Shown here one piece after another: positions 9,305-19,735 of a stretch of DNA of 64,000 nt. Source of the stretch: an uncultured Acidobacteriota bacterium. Lineage in GTDB: Bacteria; Acidobacteriota; JAQAZP01. The notes beneath the pieces were generated by a model. That model searched no databases. It had not been told where the DNA came from and saw nothing but the letters and a program-made list of their open reading frames with translations. Position numbers and translations under genes: made by a program. The first letter of the stretch is position 1. Each line of letters opens with the position of its first letter. The stretch covers positions 288,001-352,000 of the forward strand of contig CAWIIB010000001.1 in the NCBI GenBank assembly GCA_963836075.1, in the 5' to 3' direction.

Positions 9305-10076
9305 CGAGAACCTTCAGACCGTAAAGCGTCAGGTGAGCGTCCTCCACCTGGATCAGTCTGGAGTGGGGTACGATTTCACCGGCCAGCCCGCCGGTGGCCA
9401 CCACGTGAACGGAAGGCTGCCCTTTCTCGTCGGCCGGGAGGTCGAGCTCCCCCAGCAGCCGTTGGAGAATGCCGTCCACCAGGCCGAGATAGCCGTAGAA
9501 GATGCCCGACCGCATACTGTCGATGGTGTTGCGGCCCACCAGGGTTTCCGGCCGGGTGAGTTCGATGCGCGGCAGCCTCGCGGCGCGGGCAAAAAGGGCG
9601 TCGGCGGAGATGCGCAACCCCGGCGCGATCAGACCACCGGAATATTCCCCGCGTACGGTAATCACATCGAAGGTTGTGGCGGTACCGAAGTCGACCACGA
9701 TGGCCGGCGAGCCATAGCGGTGGCAGACCCCGACACTGTTGGCTATCCGGTCAGCGCCGATCTCCTGCGGCTGTTCAACCAGCAGTGGCAGGCCGGTGCG
9801 GATGCCGGGCCGCACCACCAGCGGCCGGGATCCCAGCAGTTCGCTGCAGGCCTCTTCCAGCGGGCTGAGGAGCGACGGCACAACGCAGGCGATGCAGGCC
9901 CTGCCGACCTTCGTGCGGTCAATCCGGCCCTTGTCCAGCAGGCTTTGCAACAGGATCCCCAGCTCGTCCGCGGTCCGGTCGGAGATCGTGGACAGACGCC
10001 AGTGCGCGATGAGGTCCTGGCCGTCAAAGATCCCCAGAACCGTGTTGGTGTTTCCCACATCGATGGCCAGCAACAT
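9282..10076 (-). CDS. coaX: Type III pantothenate kinase
   Basis: MLLAIDVGNTN, IGADRIAN, VVDFGTATTFD, VATGG. Confidence 0.96.
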   Translation of the reverse strand: MLLAIDVGNTNTVLGIFDGQDLIAHWRLSTISDRTADELGILLQSLLDKGRIDRTKVGRACIACVVPSLLSPLEEACSELLGSRPLVVRPGIRTGLPLLVEQPQEIGADRIANSVGVCHRYGSPAIVVDFGTATTFDVITVRGEYSGGLIAPGLRISADALFARAARLPRIELTRPETLVGRNTIDSMRSGIFYGYLGLVDGILQRLLGELDLPADEKGQPSVHVVATGGLAGEIVPHSRLIQVEDAHLTLYGLKVLDEKNASP

Positions 10077-10119
10077 GAATCGGTCCCCGGTGATGGTGCG
10101 CGGTTGTATCAGGCAGGGC

Positions 10120-10992
10120 TCACCCGCCGGTGCTGTCTCCACTGCCGCGAAAGAGCAGACTGATGTCGGAGGCCGGCGCGGAATGGGTCAGGCGGCCGAT
10201 GGAGATGAAATCGGGTCCGGCATCGGCGTACTCCCGGATGTTATCAAGCTGAATTCCACCTGAGACCTCCAGGGGAATCCTCGACCCCGCAAGTTGAACG
10301 GCGTTGACCACGTCGGCCGGCCTGAAATTGTCCAGCAGCAGCATCTCCGCCCCGGCGGCCAGAGCTTCCTCCACCTCAAGAATGTCGGTCACTTCCACTT
10401 CGATTTTCAGCAGGTGTCCCGACCTGCGCTTCAGGGCGGCGGACACGGCCTGCCGGATACCACCGGCAGCGGCGATATGGTTCTCCTTGATCAGGATGCC
10501 GTCGGAGAGCGAGAAGCGGTGGTTGTGGCCGCCCCCGGCGGCCACGGCGTATTTCTCCAGCGACCGCAGTCCAGGCGTGGTCTTGCGGGTGTCGAGAATC
10601 TTCACCCCGGTGCCCTGCACCGCATCGACAAAGGAACGGGTCTCGGTGGCGATACCGCAGGTTCGCTGCAGCAGGTTGAGAGCAACCCGCTCACCGGCCA
10701 GCAGACTTCGGGCCGCCCCGCGGACTTCGAAAAGCAGGTCTCCGGGGTGGGCCAGGCGGCCATCGGAGACCAGCGGAGTGAATTCAACCGTGCGGTCCAC
10801 CTGGGCGAACACCATGCGGGCCACATCCACGCCGGCCGCCACCAGCGGCCTCTGGCCCTTGACCACCGCGACAGCGGAGTTCCACCGCAGGCTGTCACCG
10901 AGCAGGAGTTCGGAGGTCACATCACCAAAAGGCAGGTCTTCGTGCAGGGCTTGCCGGATCAGTTCCCTGAGATCGTCATGCCGCAGGTTCAT
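10120..10992 (-). CDS. nadC: Nicotinate-nucleotide diphosphorylase (carboxylating)
   Basis: ERVALNLLQ, DTRKTTPGLR, HRFSLSDGILIKENH, EVEV, LLDNF, EVSGGI. Confidence 0.97.
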   Translation of the reverse strand: MNLRHDDLRELIRQALHEDLPFGDVTSELLLGDSLRWNSAVAVVKGQRPLVAAGVDVARMVFAQVDRTVEFTPLVSDGRLAHPGDLLFEVRGAARSLLAGERVALNLLQRTCGIATETRSFVDAVQGTGVKILDTRKTTPGLRSLEKYAVAAGGGHNHRFSLSDGILIKENHIAAAGGIRQAVSAALKRRSGHLLKIEVEVTDILEVEEALAAGAEMLLLDNFRPADVVNAVQLAGSRIPLEVSGGIQLDNIREYADAGPDFISIGRLTHSAPASDISLLFRGSGDSTGG

Positions 10993-11017
10993 CGGAGCCC
11001 CCCGGGAGGCAGGTTAC

Positions 11018-12253
11018 TCATTTGGATGACTCGGCTTCTTCCTCGATCTCCCTGATCCGCTCACGGATGAGGCGTTCCGCGATTTCAGGAACAGCCTCCC
11101 AGGCCACGTCCCGGATCACGGACTCCGAGAGCAGTTCCACCACCCGGCGAGCCACCTGTTCCAGCTGCCCGTCGCGCAGTTCCATGGGCGCGGCCGGCAG
11201 GGGCGCCGGAACGGGCTCGGACTCCTCCGGCGGTTCGCTCCCGGTGCCGGCATCGTCGGATGCCTGAACTTCTTCAACAGCGGCGGCGTCCTCTTCCACG
11301 ACCTCCGTTTTTTCAACGGCGGGCAGTTCCACAGCGGGGAGGGAAGTGTCCGTTTCCATGGCCGGCGGGTCGGACTCCACTGGCGGGTTGTCCTCGGCGA
11401 CCTGCATTTTTTCCTCGTATTTCTTCAGGAACCACGAGAGGTCGCTGTCCTCGGAGGCGATTTCCTGCTTCTCGCCGGCATCCTCTTCATCGCCGGGCGC
11501 GCTGTCGGCTGCCGGCACGGCATCCTCCACAACGGTGGTCTCGCCGGCTCCGCCCCAGATACCGAAATCGGGCGAGCGGCGCTCGATACCGTCGTCGGCC
11601 GTTTCAGCGGGGTCGGACTTCCCGGTCTCTTCTTCGCTCTCTGCATCGATGATGGCGAAGATGTCCTCCGCACCGCTATCGGTCACCGCGATGGTGTCGT
11701 CCCCGGCAAAGCTGTCCACGGGTTCATCCTCGGGGAAGATGCGGTCCAGCAAAGCATCCGACCTGGTGATCGTGGCGGGATCCGCGCTGGCGCCGGATAC
11801 CTCGGCTTCCCCGGACGGAGCCTCGGGCAGGGTCTCGGAATCCGGGGCCGGGGCCTCGGCCTCCGCTTCCACCGCAGGGTAGACGGCGTTTTCAATGAGG
11901 CGGTTCACCAGACTGAACAGTTCGGGGCCGTCCACCGGTTTGGTGACGAAACCGTCATATCTCGATTCCTTGGCCCGGTTGATGTCAAAGGGCTCGAATG
12001 TCCCGGTGAGCAGCAGCACGGGGATGTGCGATGTGGCCGGATTTTCCTTGATCTGACGGCAGATCTCATAGCCATCGATCTCGGGGAGCATGGCGTGGGC
12101 CAGCACCAGGTGCGGCTGAGCGGTATTGACCTGTTCTATGGCGACCCGGCCGTCCTCAGCAATACTCAGCTGGTAATCGGCGGTTCCGAGGGCATTTTCA
12201 ACACTTTTTTTTGCTGCGGCGCTGTCATCCGCAAGGAGGATTTGTTTCGGCAT
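11018..12253 (-). CDS. RomR-like response regulator (REC, acidic Pro-rich linker, RomR-type C-terminus)
   Basis: The REC domain is followed by LLLTGTFEPFD, a long acidic linker, and a C-terminal VIRDVAWEAVPEIAERLIRERI helix motif. Confidence 0.85.
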   Translation of the reverse strand: MPKQILLADDSAAAKKSVENALGTADYQLSIAEDGRVAIEQVNTAQPHLVLAHAMLPEIDGYEICRQIKENPATSHIPVLLLTGTFEPFDINRAKESRYDGFVTKPVDGPELFSLVNRLIENAVYPAVEAEAEAPAPDSETLPEAPSGEAEVSGASADPATITRSDALLDRIFPEDEPVDSFAGDDTIAVTDSGAEDIFAIIDAESEEETGKSDPAETADDGIERRSPDFGIWGGAGETTVVEDAVPAADSAPGDEEDAGEKQEIASEDSDLSWFLKKYEEKMQVAEDNPPVESDPPAMETDTSLPAVELPAVEKTEVVEEDAAAVEEVQASDDAGTGSEPPEESEPVPAPLPAAPMELRDGQLEQVARRVVELLSESVIRDVAWEAVPEIAERLIRERIREIEEEAESSK

Positions 12254-12422
12254 GTGGGTCTCCAGGTGTATCAGCGGCGCCCCGCAATGGGGCGCCCGAA
12301 TAATTCCACGGGTTTATCGTTCTCCTGCCTTGGCTCTCTTAGCACCTTCCCCACGGAAAGTCAAGAAGCCGGCAGCTCCATCTGATCGCTTAAGCACTGC
12401 AATGTAAACAACATAAGGCTCG

Positions 12423-12962
12423 CTACTCGTCTTCCTCCTCAACAGTGAGACGAATCAGCGGATCCCCCATGGCGGCAGCGTCCCCCACCGCCAGTGGAAG
12501 GCTGTGCACCGAGCCGTTCACCGGACTGAGCACCGGATTCTCCATCTTCATCGACTCCAGGATGACCAGCAGGTCTCCGGCGGTCACCCTGTCCCCCACC
12601 GCCACCGGCAGTCCGACCACCTTGCCGGGCATGGGAGAGAGGATGTCCCCCTGTTCATTGATATCGCCGCCGGTGTCTGCGTTCCCCGGCCCTGATGACC
12701 CCTGATCGTCGTCAGCCGGATCGGCCAGGCGGTAGATCCGGCCCCGGTACTGCAGATGAACCTGCCCCGATTCATCCCGGGCCAGGTGGACCAGGTGCGC
12801 GGTTCCGTCGTCGGCCAGCAGGGAAATGGTGTTCGGACCGGCGCGCAGCCAGTCCCCGGCGAGCTGCTCACCCTCCACGGTCAGCGAAAAAACCTGCCCC
12901 GGGCCGGAGTCCAGCCTGAAGTTGTGCATCGTCCCGTCCTGGTCTCGATATTCAAGATCCAT
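12423..12962 (-). CDS. Biotin carboxyl carrier subunit (BT-like plus biotinyl domain) of an acyl-CoA carboxylase
   Basis: SPMPGKVV and the biotinylation motif ESMKMEN. GGAGG before ATG 12962; overlaps the end of the biotin carboxylase gene. Confidence 0.92.
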   Translation of the reverse strand: MDLEYRDQDGTMHNFRLDSGPGQVFSLTVEGEQLAGDWLRAGPNTISLLADDGTAHLVHLARDESGQVHLQYRGRIYRLADPADDDQGSSGPGNADTGGDINEQGDILSPMPGKVVGLPVAVGDRVTAGDLLVILESMKMENPVLSPVNGSVHSLPLAVGDAAAMGDPLIRLTVEEEDE

Positions 12963-14502
12963 CTGGTCCTCCGTCTGCCCCGTCCGTCTCCACCAGGGGT
13001 ATGGAATCTCCAATTTGCCAGGAACCGCAGAGCTGCCAGGGGGAGGCCAACACCGCGCCACTGCTTGTTCCGGTTGCCGCGGCGGCCGGACGCATCTGCT
13101 CCAGCCCGGCGGCCGCCAGAACCGCGGCGGGAATGGCGCCGTCCCCGCTGCCGGGGATCCAGTCGCCCATGTGGCGCGGTATGAAGTCGGTGTAGGTGTC
13201 CCCGGAAGCAAAAGCCGGGTGGTCGATCACGTCGGCCAGGTAGCCGCAGGTGGTCTGAATGCCCAGCACCACCATGTCACGCAAGGCCCGGCTCATTTTG
13301 TGCCGGGCCTGCTCACGGTCCTCGCCCCAGACGATCAGCTTGGAGAGAATCGGGTCGTAGTCCATGGTGACTTCGAAACCGCTGAAGATGGCGCTGTCGT
13401 TGCGAATTCCCGGCCCCATGGGCTCAAATGCGTACAGAATCCGGCCCGGGGACGGCATGAAGTTGTTGCCGGGGTCCTCGGCATAGATCCGGCACTCGAT
13501 GGCGTGGCCCTTCTGCTGCACATCCTTCTGGGAGATGGTCAGCGGCTCGCCGGCTGCGATGCGGATCTGCCACTGGACCAGGTCCACGCCGGTGACCAGT
13601 TCGGTAATCGGGTGCTCCACCTGGATGCGGGTGTTCATTTCCAGGAAGTAGAAACTGCCGTCGGTGTCCAGCAGGAATTCAACCGTCCCGGCGTTGGTGT
13701 AGCCCACGGCCTCGGCGGCCTGCACCGCTGCATGGCCCATGGCCTGCCGGACCTCGGGGGTCAGCGCCGTGGACGGTGATTCTTCGACGATTTTCTGGTG
13801 CCGCCTCTGGATCGAGCACTCCCGTTCGCAGAGGTGAATGGTGCGTCCGTGGTGATCGGCCAGCAACTGGATCTCAACGTGCCGGGGCAGCTCGATATAC
13901 TTTTCCAGGAACACGGTGCTATCGCCGAAAGCGTTGCCCGCCTCCCGTTGCGCCGATTCCAGGGACAGGCGCAGGTCGTCCTCGGATGCGGCCACCCGCA
14001 TGCCCTTGCCGCCGCCACCGGCGGCGGCCTTGACCAGCACCGGGTAGCCGATCTTCCTCGCTTCCCGGATGAACTGCTCCTGATCACCGGCCGGCGGCGA
14101 GGCCCCGGGGATCACCGGCACGCCGGAACTGGTCATCAGCTGCCGGGATTCCACCTTGTTGCCCATCAGCCGCATCGCTTCGGCGGGAGGGCCGATAAAG
14201 GTCAGGCCCGCCTCGGTCACCTGCCGGGCGAACTGATGGTTTTCGGCCAGAAATCCGTATCCCGGGTGGATGGCGTCGGCCCCGCACTGCCGGGCCGCGT
14301 CGATAATCGAGTCGATCCTCAGATACGATTCCAGCGGCGAAGCCGGGCCGATACAGAACGCCTCGTCGGCCAACTGCACCGGCAGGCCCAGACGGTCCAC
14401 CTCGGAAAAAACCGCCACTGACGGTACGGAAAGTTCGCGGCAGGCCCGGATGATGCGAACGGCGATCTCTCCACGATTGGCAACCAGTATTTTTTTGAAC
14501 AT
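12952..14502 (-). CDS. Biotin carboxylase subunit (methylcrotonyl-CoA carboxylase alpha-like)
   Basis: MFKKILVANRGEIA, HPGYGFLAEN, GGGGKGMR, RECSIQRRHQK, EMNTRIQVEHP. Confidence 0.95.
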   Translation of the reverse strand: MFKKILVANRGEIAVRIIRACRELSVPSVAVFSEVDRLGLPVQLADEAFCIGPASPLESYLRIDSIIDAARQCGADAIHPGYGFLAENHQFARQVTEAGLTFIGPPAEAMRLMGNKVESRQLMTSSGVPVIPGASPPAGDQEQFIREARKIGYPVLVKAAAGGGGKGMRVAASEDDLRLSLESAQREAGNAFGDSTVFLEKYIELPRHVEIQLLADHHGRTIHLCERECSIQRRHQKIVEESPSTALTPEVRQAMGHAAVQAAEAVGYTNAGTVEFLLDTDGSFYFLEMNTRIQVEHPITELVTGVDLVQWQIRIAAGEPLTISQKDVQQKGHAIECRIYAEDPGNNFMPSPGRILYAFEPMGPGIRNDSAIFSGFEVTMDYDPILSKLIVWGEDREQARHKMSRALRDMVVLGIQTTCGYLADVIDHPAFASGDTYTDFIPRHMGDWIPGSGDGAIPAAVLAAAGLEQMRPAAAATGTSSGAVLASPWQLCGSWQIGDSIPLVETDGADGGPDGS

Positions 14503-14507
14503 CCAGA

Positions 14508-15320
14508 TCAGTCTCCGTTATCGTCGGAAATGGACCACGACGGTATTCGACGTTCGAGAAAAGAACTCACGCCCTCCCGGCCCTCGTCGCCGGCGCGCAA
14601 GCCGGCGATAACCCCTGCGGTGTAAGGCCCGGCTTCGTCCAGCGACATCCCGGGCACCTTGTGCAGCAGTTCCTTGCAGGAGGCCATTGCGCGTTTGCCG
14701 TTGGCCAGCAACCGGCGAACCAGGGCGTCCACTGCCTGGTCCAGTTCCAGCGGTGCGGCCACGCGGTGAACCAGCCCCAGCCGCTGGGCCGTGGCCGCGT
14801 CAAAACGGTCGCCGGTGAGGAACAGCTCTCGGCAGGCACTGTCCCCCAAACGCCTGATCACGTATGGTGCGATGCAGGCCGGAGACAGCCCCAGCCGCAC
14901 CTCGCTGAAACCGAACAGGGCGTCGGGGACGGCGATGACGATATCGCACACTGCCACCAGGCCCATCCCTCCGCCGATCACCGGGCCGTGAACCCTGCCC
15001 ACCAGCGGCTGGGGCAGCTGGTACAGCGCCCGCAGACAGCGGGCCAGGCCCATAGCATCCTCGAGGTTCTGCTCTTTGGTGAACCCGGCCATCCTCCGCA
15101 TCCAGTCCAGGTCGGCGCCGGCGCAAAAAGATTTTCCGGCACCGGCCAGCAGCACAACTTTCACCGTCTGGTCTGACGCCAGGCGCTCGGCGGCTTCGGC
15201 GAGTTCGGCCAGCAACCGCTCGTCAAAGGCGTTGTGGATTGCGGGCCGGGACAGGGTCAGCGTGGCCACCGGGCCATCGGTCACCAGAGTGATCCTCGGC
15301 ATTTCTGCAGAACGGGGCAT
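14508..15320 (-). CDS. liuC: Enoyl-CoA hydratase family, methylglutaconyl-CoA hydratase (LiuC-like)
   Basis: HNAFD, FCAGADLDWM, GGGMGLVAVCDI, FSEVRLGL, EGREGVSSFLERR. Lies between the carboxylase subunits. Alternative start at 15302. Confidence 0.85.
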   Translation of the reverse strand: MPRSAEMPRITLVTDGPVATLTLSRPAIHNAFDERLLAELAEAAERLASDQTVKVVLLAGAGKSFCAGADLDWMRRMAGFTKEQNLEDAMGLARCLRALYQLPQPLVGRVHGPVIGGGMGLVAVCDIVIAVPDALFGFSEVRLGLSPACIAPYVIRRLGDSACRELFLTGDRFDAATAQRLGLVHRVAAPLELDQAVDALVRRLLANGKRAMASCKELLHKVPGMSLDEAGPYTAGVIAGLRAGDEGREGVSSFLERRIPSWSISDDNGD

Positions 15321-15347
15321 GATTCCTCGCGGTGTCTGGTTCCGGCC

Positions 15348-16958
15348 CTACATCCGGAAGACGCCGAAATTATGGTCCGGGATCGGCGCGTTGAGCGACA
15401 TGGAGATGGCCAGGGCAAAAGCGGTCCTGGTGTCCAGCGGATCGATGATCCCGTCATCCCACAACCTGGCGCTGGCGTAGTACGCGCTGCCCTCGCGGGC
15501 GTAGCGCTCGAGGATCGGCGCCTTGAACTCCTTCTCCGTCTTCTCGTCCATCAGCGCCTCGCCGGCAGCACGCAACTGATCCTGCTTGATGGTGAACAGC
15601 ACGTCGGCCGCCTGTTCGCCGCCCATCACGGAGATCTTTGCCGTGGGCCACATCCAGAGCAGCCTCGGGAAATATCCGCGGCCGCACATGGCGTAGTTGC
15701 CGGCCCCGTGGGATCCCCCGACGATCAGGGTGAACCGGGGAACCTGGGCGGTGGCCACGGCGTGGACCATCTTGGCCCCGTCCTTGGCGATGCCGCCGTG
15801 CTCGTAGTCCTTGCCGACGATGAAACCGGTGATGTTCTGGAGAAAGATCAGCGGGATCTTGCGCACCGAGCAGAGGCTGACGAAGTGGGCGCCCTTTTGC
15901 GCGCTCTCCGAAAAGAGCACGCCGTTGTTGGCCAGGATGCCCACCGGGTAGCCCATGATGTGGGCGAAGCCGGTGACCAGGGTGGTGCCGTAATTTTCCT
16001 TGAATTCGTGGAAACGGCTGCCGTCCACCAGGCGGGCGATCACTTCGCGCATGTCGAACGGTTTGCGCAGGTCGCGGGGAATGACGCCCAGCAGTTCTTC
16101 GGCGTCGTAATACGGCTCTTCCGGTTCGACGATGTCCTGGAAAGTCTTGGGCTTCCGCGGTATGTTCTGGAAAATGTTTCGTGCCAGCTGCAGCGCGTGC
16201 TCGTCGTCCCGGGCGTAATGGTCGGACACGCCGGAGATGCGGGTGTGCACATCCGCCCCGCCCAGTTCCTCGGGCGTCACATCCATCCCGGTGGCCGCCT
16301 TGACCAGCGGTGGGCCGCCGATGAAAATCGTGCCCTGTTTCCTGACGATGATCGTCTCGTCGCTCATCGCCGGGACGTAGGCGCCGCCGGCGGTGCAGGA
16401 ACCCATGACGATGGAGATCTGCGGGATGGCCAGCGCGGACATCTGGGCCTGGTTGTAGAAGATCCGGCCGAAGTGGTCCTTGTCCGGAAAGACCTCCTCC
16501 TGCAGGGGCAGGAATACCCCACCGGAGTCAACGAGGTAGACGCAGGGCAGGTGGTTGTTCAGGGCAATTTCCTGGGCCCTGGCGTGTTTCTTGATCGAGA
16601 TGGGATAGTAGGAGCCGCCCTTCACCGTCGGATCGTTGGCCACCACCAGAACTTCCTGGCCGTGAACCGTGCCCACGCCAGTGATCACGCCTGCGGCGGA
16701 GGCCTCCTTGTCGTAGAGGTCATAGGCGGCGAACTGGCTGAACTCGAGAAAGGGGCTGTTGCGATCGAGAAGCTTCTCGATACGCTCACGTGCGGAGAGC
16801 TTGCCCCGGGCCTTCTGCCGCTCCCGCGCTTTCGGCGGACCTCCCGCCTTGATCACCGCCTGCCGCTGCTTGAACTCGGCGAGCTGCTTTTGGTAATGGG
16901 CCTTGTTATCCTTGAACTCGCTGGAACTGGTGTCGATCTTTGATTCGATTCGATACAT
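15348..16958 (-). CDS. liuB: 3-methylcrotonyl-CoA carboxylase carboxyltransferase (beta) subunit
   Basis: [53 protein letters not shown] are MCC-beta signatures. Confidence 0.93.
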   Translation of the reverse strand: MYRIESKIDTSSSEFKDNKAHYQKQLAEFKQRQAVIKAGGPPKARERQKARGKLSARERIEKLLDRNSPFLEFSQFAAYDLYDKEASAAGVITGVGTVHGQEVLVVANDPTVKGGSYYPISIKKHARAQEIALNNHLPCVYLVDSGGVFLPLQEEVFPDKDHFGRIFYNQAQMSALAIPQISIVMGSCTAGGAYVPAMSDETIIVRKQGTIFIGGPPLVKAATGMDVTPEELGGADVHTRISGVSDHYARDDEHALQLARNIFQNIPRKPKTFQDIVEPEEPYYDAEELLGVIPRDLRKPFDMREVIARLVDGSRFHEFKENYGTTLVTGFAHIMGYPVGILANNGVLFSESAQKGAHFVSLCSVRKIPLIFLQNITGFIVGKDYEHGGIAKDGAKMVHAVATAQVPRFTLIVGGSHGAGNYAMCGRGYFPRLLWMWPTAKISVMGGEQAADVLFTIKQDQLRAAGEALMDEKTEKEFKAPILERYAREGSAYYASARLWDDGIIDPLDTRTAFALAISMSLNAPIPDHNFGVFRM

Positions 16959-17035
16959 GGCTCGCTTTCAGGCGTCCGGAGTTGTATGGCCGTTCACCCG
17001 CGGCCACCAGGGAGCGGCCGCGGGCTGCGCGGGGA

Positions 17036-17428
17036 TCAGACCGGCACCCCCTTGTGTCCGTAGCAGATAATGCCCGCCTCGCCGTCGGCGGAGATCTTGC
17101 GGAACTCCAGCTTCACCCGCTGGCCGATGGCCAGGCCATCCGGGTCGCAGTCCACGATCTGGGCCATCATCCGTCCGCCGCCCTCGGTTTCCACCAGGCC
17201 GACGGCATAGGGCGCCTGGTCCACAAAGCGGCTGGGGGCCACGCGGATCACGGTGAAGGTGAGCAGTTTTCCTTCCAGGGGCAGGTTGACCTTCTCGAAG
17301 GTACGGCACTGGCATGCCGGGCAGATCAACCGCGGGGGATAGCAGATCTTGCCGCAGGCGGTACACTTGCCAGCTTCGAGACGGTAGAACTGCGGTCGCT
17401 CTCTCCAGTAGGCCGGCTGACTCTTCAT
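17036..17428 (-). CDS. DUF35 Zn-ribbon/OB-fold protein
   Basis: CTACG...PPRLICPAC, GKLLTFTVI, PYAVGLVE, GIICYGHK. Its ATG directly follows the thiolase TAG. Confidence 0.93.
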   Translation of the reverse strand: MKSQPAYWRERPQFYRLEAGKCTACGKICYPPRLICPACQCRTFEKVNLPLEGKLLTFTVIRVAPSRFVDQAPYAVGLVETEGGGRMMAQIVDCDPDGLAIGQRVKLEFRKISADGEAGIICYGHKGVPV

Positions 17429-18592
17429 CTATACACCCTCCAGAATGTGAACCACCGTGCTGCCGCCGCTGCCGCCCATGTTCTGGGCCAGGGCCAGGCG
17501 GGCTCCGGTGATCTGGCGTTCGTCGCATTCGCCGCGCAGTTGCTTGACCAGCTCGACGATCTGGGCCACGCCGGTGGCGCCCACCGGGTGTCCTTTCGAC
17601 TTCAGTCCGCCGCTGGGATTCACCGGAACGGGTCCGCCGATGGCGGTCTGGCCGGAGGCCACGGCCTCGGCACCCTTGCCCCGCTCGAAGTAGCCCAGGG
17701 CCTCGGTAACGCAGATCTCGGCGATGGTGAAGCAGTCATGGACCTCGGTGACCTGAATGTCGGATGGGGTACGACCGGCCATTTTAAAGGCGGCCGCCGC
17801 TGCCCGTTCGGTGGCGCCCAGCCAGGTCAGGTCGTCCCGGGAGTGCAGGGCGATGGTGTCGGTGGAGTGCCCGCTGCCGGTGACCTTCACCGCCGGGGAC
17901 TTCTTCTTCGACAGGTCGCCAACCATGGACATGGGGCAGAGAATGACCGCGGCCGCACCATCGGTGATCGGCGAGCAGTCGAGGATGTGCAGCGGGTCGG
18001 CCACCATCACCGAGTTGATCACCTGCTCCACCGTGACCTTGTGCGGGTACTGGGCGTAGGGGTTGTTCGACCCGTTGAGATGGTTCTTCACCGCCACCGC
18101 GGCCAGCTGCTCGCTGGTGGCGCCGTACTGGTCCATGTACGCCCGGGCGATCATGGCGTAGAGACCGGGGAAGGTGATTCCGTGGTAGCCCTCGTACGTC
18201 TGGTCGGCGGCGGTGGAGAGCGCGTAGGTCGCCTCGTCACCACCGATGTCGGTCATCTTTTCCACACCGCCAACCAGCACCACGTCGCTGATCCCGGAAG
18301 CCACCTCCATCCAGCCCTGCCGAAAAGCGAGCCCGCCGGAAGCGCAGGCCGATTCCACCCGCACCGCGGGCACCGGCCCGAGGCCCAGGTAGTCGGCCAT
18401 CAGCGAGCCCAGGTGCTCCTGGCCGTTGAACAGGCCGCCGGACATGCAGCCGATATACAGGGAGTCAATGCGGTCCACGCCGGCATCGTCGATGGCATTC
18501 AAGGCCGCCTCGACATAGATGTCGCGCAGGGATTTTTCCCAGAGCTCCCCCCATTTCATCATTCCAACACCGATGACGGCAACATCCCTCAT
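17429..18592 (-). CDS. Archaeal/SCP2-type thiolase (acetyl-CoA acetyltransferase)
   Basis: VESACASG (catalytic Cys), [21 protein letters not shown], and AQNMGG in place of the CxG of classical thiolases. Confidence 0.93.
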   Translation of the reverse strand: MRDVAVIGVGMMKWGELWEKSLRDIYVEAALNAIDDAGVDRIDSLYIGCMSGGLFNGQEHLGSLMADYLGLGPVPAVRVESACASGGLAFRQGWMEVASGISDVVLVGGVEKMTDIGGDEATYALSTAADQTYEGYHGITFPGLYAMIARAYMDQYGATSEQLAAVAVKNHLNGSNNPYAQYPHKVTVEQVINSVMVADPLHILDCSPITDGAAAVILCPMSMVGDLSKKKSPAVKVTGSGHSTDTIALHSRDDLTWLGATERAAAAAFKMAGRTPSDIQVTEVHDCFTIAEICVTEALGYFERGKGAEAVASGQTAIGGPVPVNPSGGLKSKGHPVGATGVAQIVELVKQLRGECDERQITGARLALAQNMGGSGGSTVVHILEGV

Positions 18593-18611
18593 CGTTTGGT
18601 TCCCTCCTTGG

Positions 18612-19664
18612 TTATTCGGCCATCCGGATCTTGCCCCGGCACTTGGCGTAGGCCCCGTATTCCAGGTAGCGTTTGTCGTTGTCCAGCATCACCCGGGTTT
18701 TGCCGGTCAGGTCGCGGACCTCGTCGATGCGGTCGGTCACCGTCCAGACAAAGGCATCGCTGCCGGAGCCGGATCCGTAGGAGACCATCAGGATCTTGTC
18801 CCCGGGCTTGGCCACGTCCAGGGTGGCGGTGAGGCCGATGGGGGAGGCGCCGGAATAGGTGTTGCCCAGCCACGGCGAGAGCCAGCCCGGCTCCATCTGC
18901 TCGTCGGTGAAGCCGAGCATCCGGCCCGCCCGCTGGGGAAATTTGCCGTTGGGCTGGTGAAACACCGCGTAGGTGAAATCTTCGGGTTTCATCCCCGACT
19001 TCTCGAGGATGGCATTGGCCGCGCCCAGGGTGTGGCTGAAGTAGGCCGGCTCACCGGTGAACCGCCCGGCATGGCGCGGGTAGTGCATGTACTCGCGGCG
19101 CCAGAAATCGGGGGTATCGGTCATGAACGAGTCGGTGAAGTTGCAGACGGCAACCAGGTCGGTGTTGCCCATGATGAAGGCGGCGGCTCCGGCAGCCGCC
19201 GAGTACTCCAGGGCGTCGCCGGGGGCTCCCTGGGACGTGTCGGCACCGATGCCCAAAGCGTACTTCACCTCGCCGGCCTTGACCAGGCTCATGGCAACGA
19301 ACATCCCTTCCGACCCGGCCTTGCAGGCGAATTCCATGTCGGCGCAGTGGATGCCCGGTGTGGCGCCGAGGGCTTCGGCCACTACGGTGCCGCTGGGCTT
19401 GACCGCGTAGGGGTGTGATTCAGATCCGATGTAGATCGCGCCGATGTCCTGTGGGTCAACGCCGCCCGAGCGTTTGAGCGCTCTCCGGCCGGCCTCCACC
19501 GACATGGAAATCACGTCCTGGTCAGGGGCCGGAACCGATTTCTCGTAGAGCATCAGTCCTTTCTTGTAGCTCGGAGCGTCGGCCCCCCAGACCTTGGCAA
19601 TCTCCTCGACCTTGATACGTTGCCGGGGGATTGATGACCCGTATCCCACAATTCCAACTTCCAT
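18612..19664 (-). CDS. Archaeal-type hydroxymethylglutaryl-CoA synthase
   Basis: [11 protein letters not shown] (Glu), EFACKAG (Cys), FHQPNGKFP (His), [40 protein letters not shown]. Confidence 0.95.
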   Translation of the reverse strand: MEVGIVGYGSSIPRQRIKVEEIAKVWGADAPSYKKGLMLYEKSVPAPDQDVISMSVEAGRRALKRSGGVDPQDIGAIYIGSESHPYAVKPSGTVVAEALGATPGIHCADMEFACKAGSEGMFVAMSLVKAGEVKYALGIGADTSQGAPGDALEYSAAAGAAAFIMGNTDLVAVCNFTDSFMTDTPDFWRREYMHYPRHAGRFTGEPAYFSHTLGAANAILEKSGMKPEDFTYAVFHQPNGKFPQRAGRMLGFTDEQMEPGWLSPWLGNTYSGASPIGLTATLDVAKPGDKILMVSYGSGSGSDAFVWTVTDRIDEVRDLTGKTRVMLDNDKRYLEYGAYAKCRGKIRMAE

Positions 19665-19735
19665 CGGATCTCCTCCTTGGGCCGCCGTGGCGGCCGGGCT
19701 CAAACCGGCGGTCTTTGCCCGCCGGCGGATTTCGA

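Noticed and set aside
10077-10142. Extension upstream of coaX (…RTITGD…) as a birA C-terminal remnant
   Set aside because: Too short to distinguish from chance.
12254-12422. Possible tRNA or ncRNA in the intergenic region (hairpin GGCGCCCC-GCAAT-GGGGCGCC, 12276-12296)
   Set aside because: Only a single GC hairpin is present, with no cloverleaf, T-loop or U-tract.
17036-19664. PhlABC-type (DAPG) secondary-metabolite cluster
   Set aside because: No type III PKS (phlD) is nearby, and the HMGCS subunit retains its catalytic residues.
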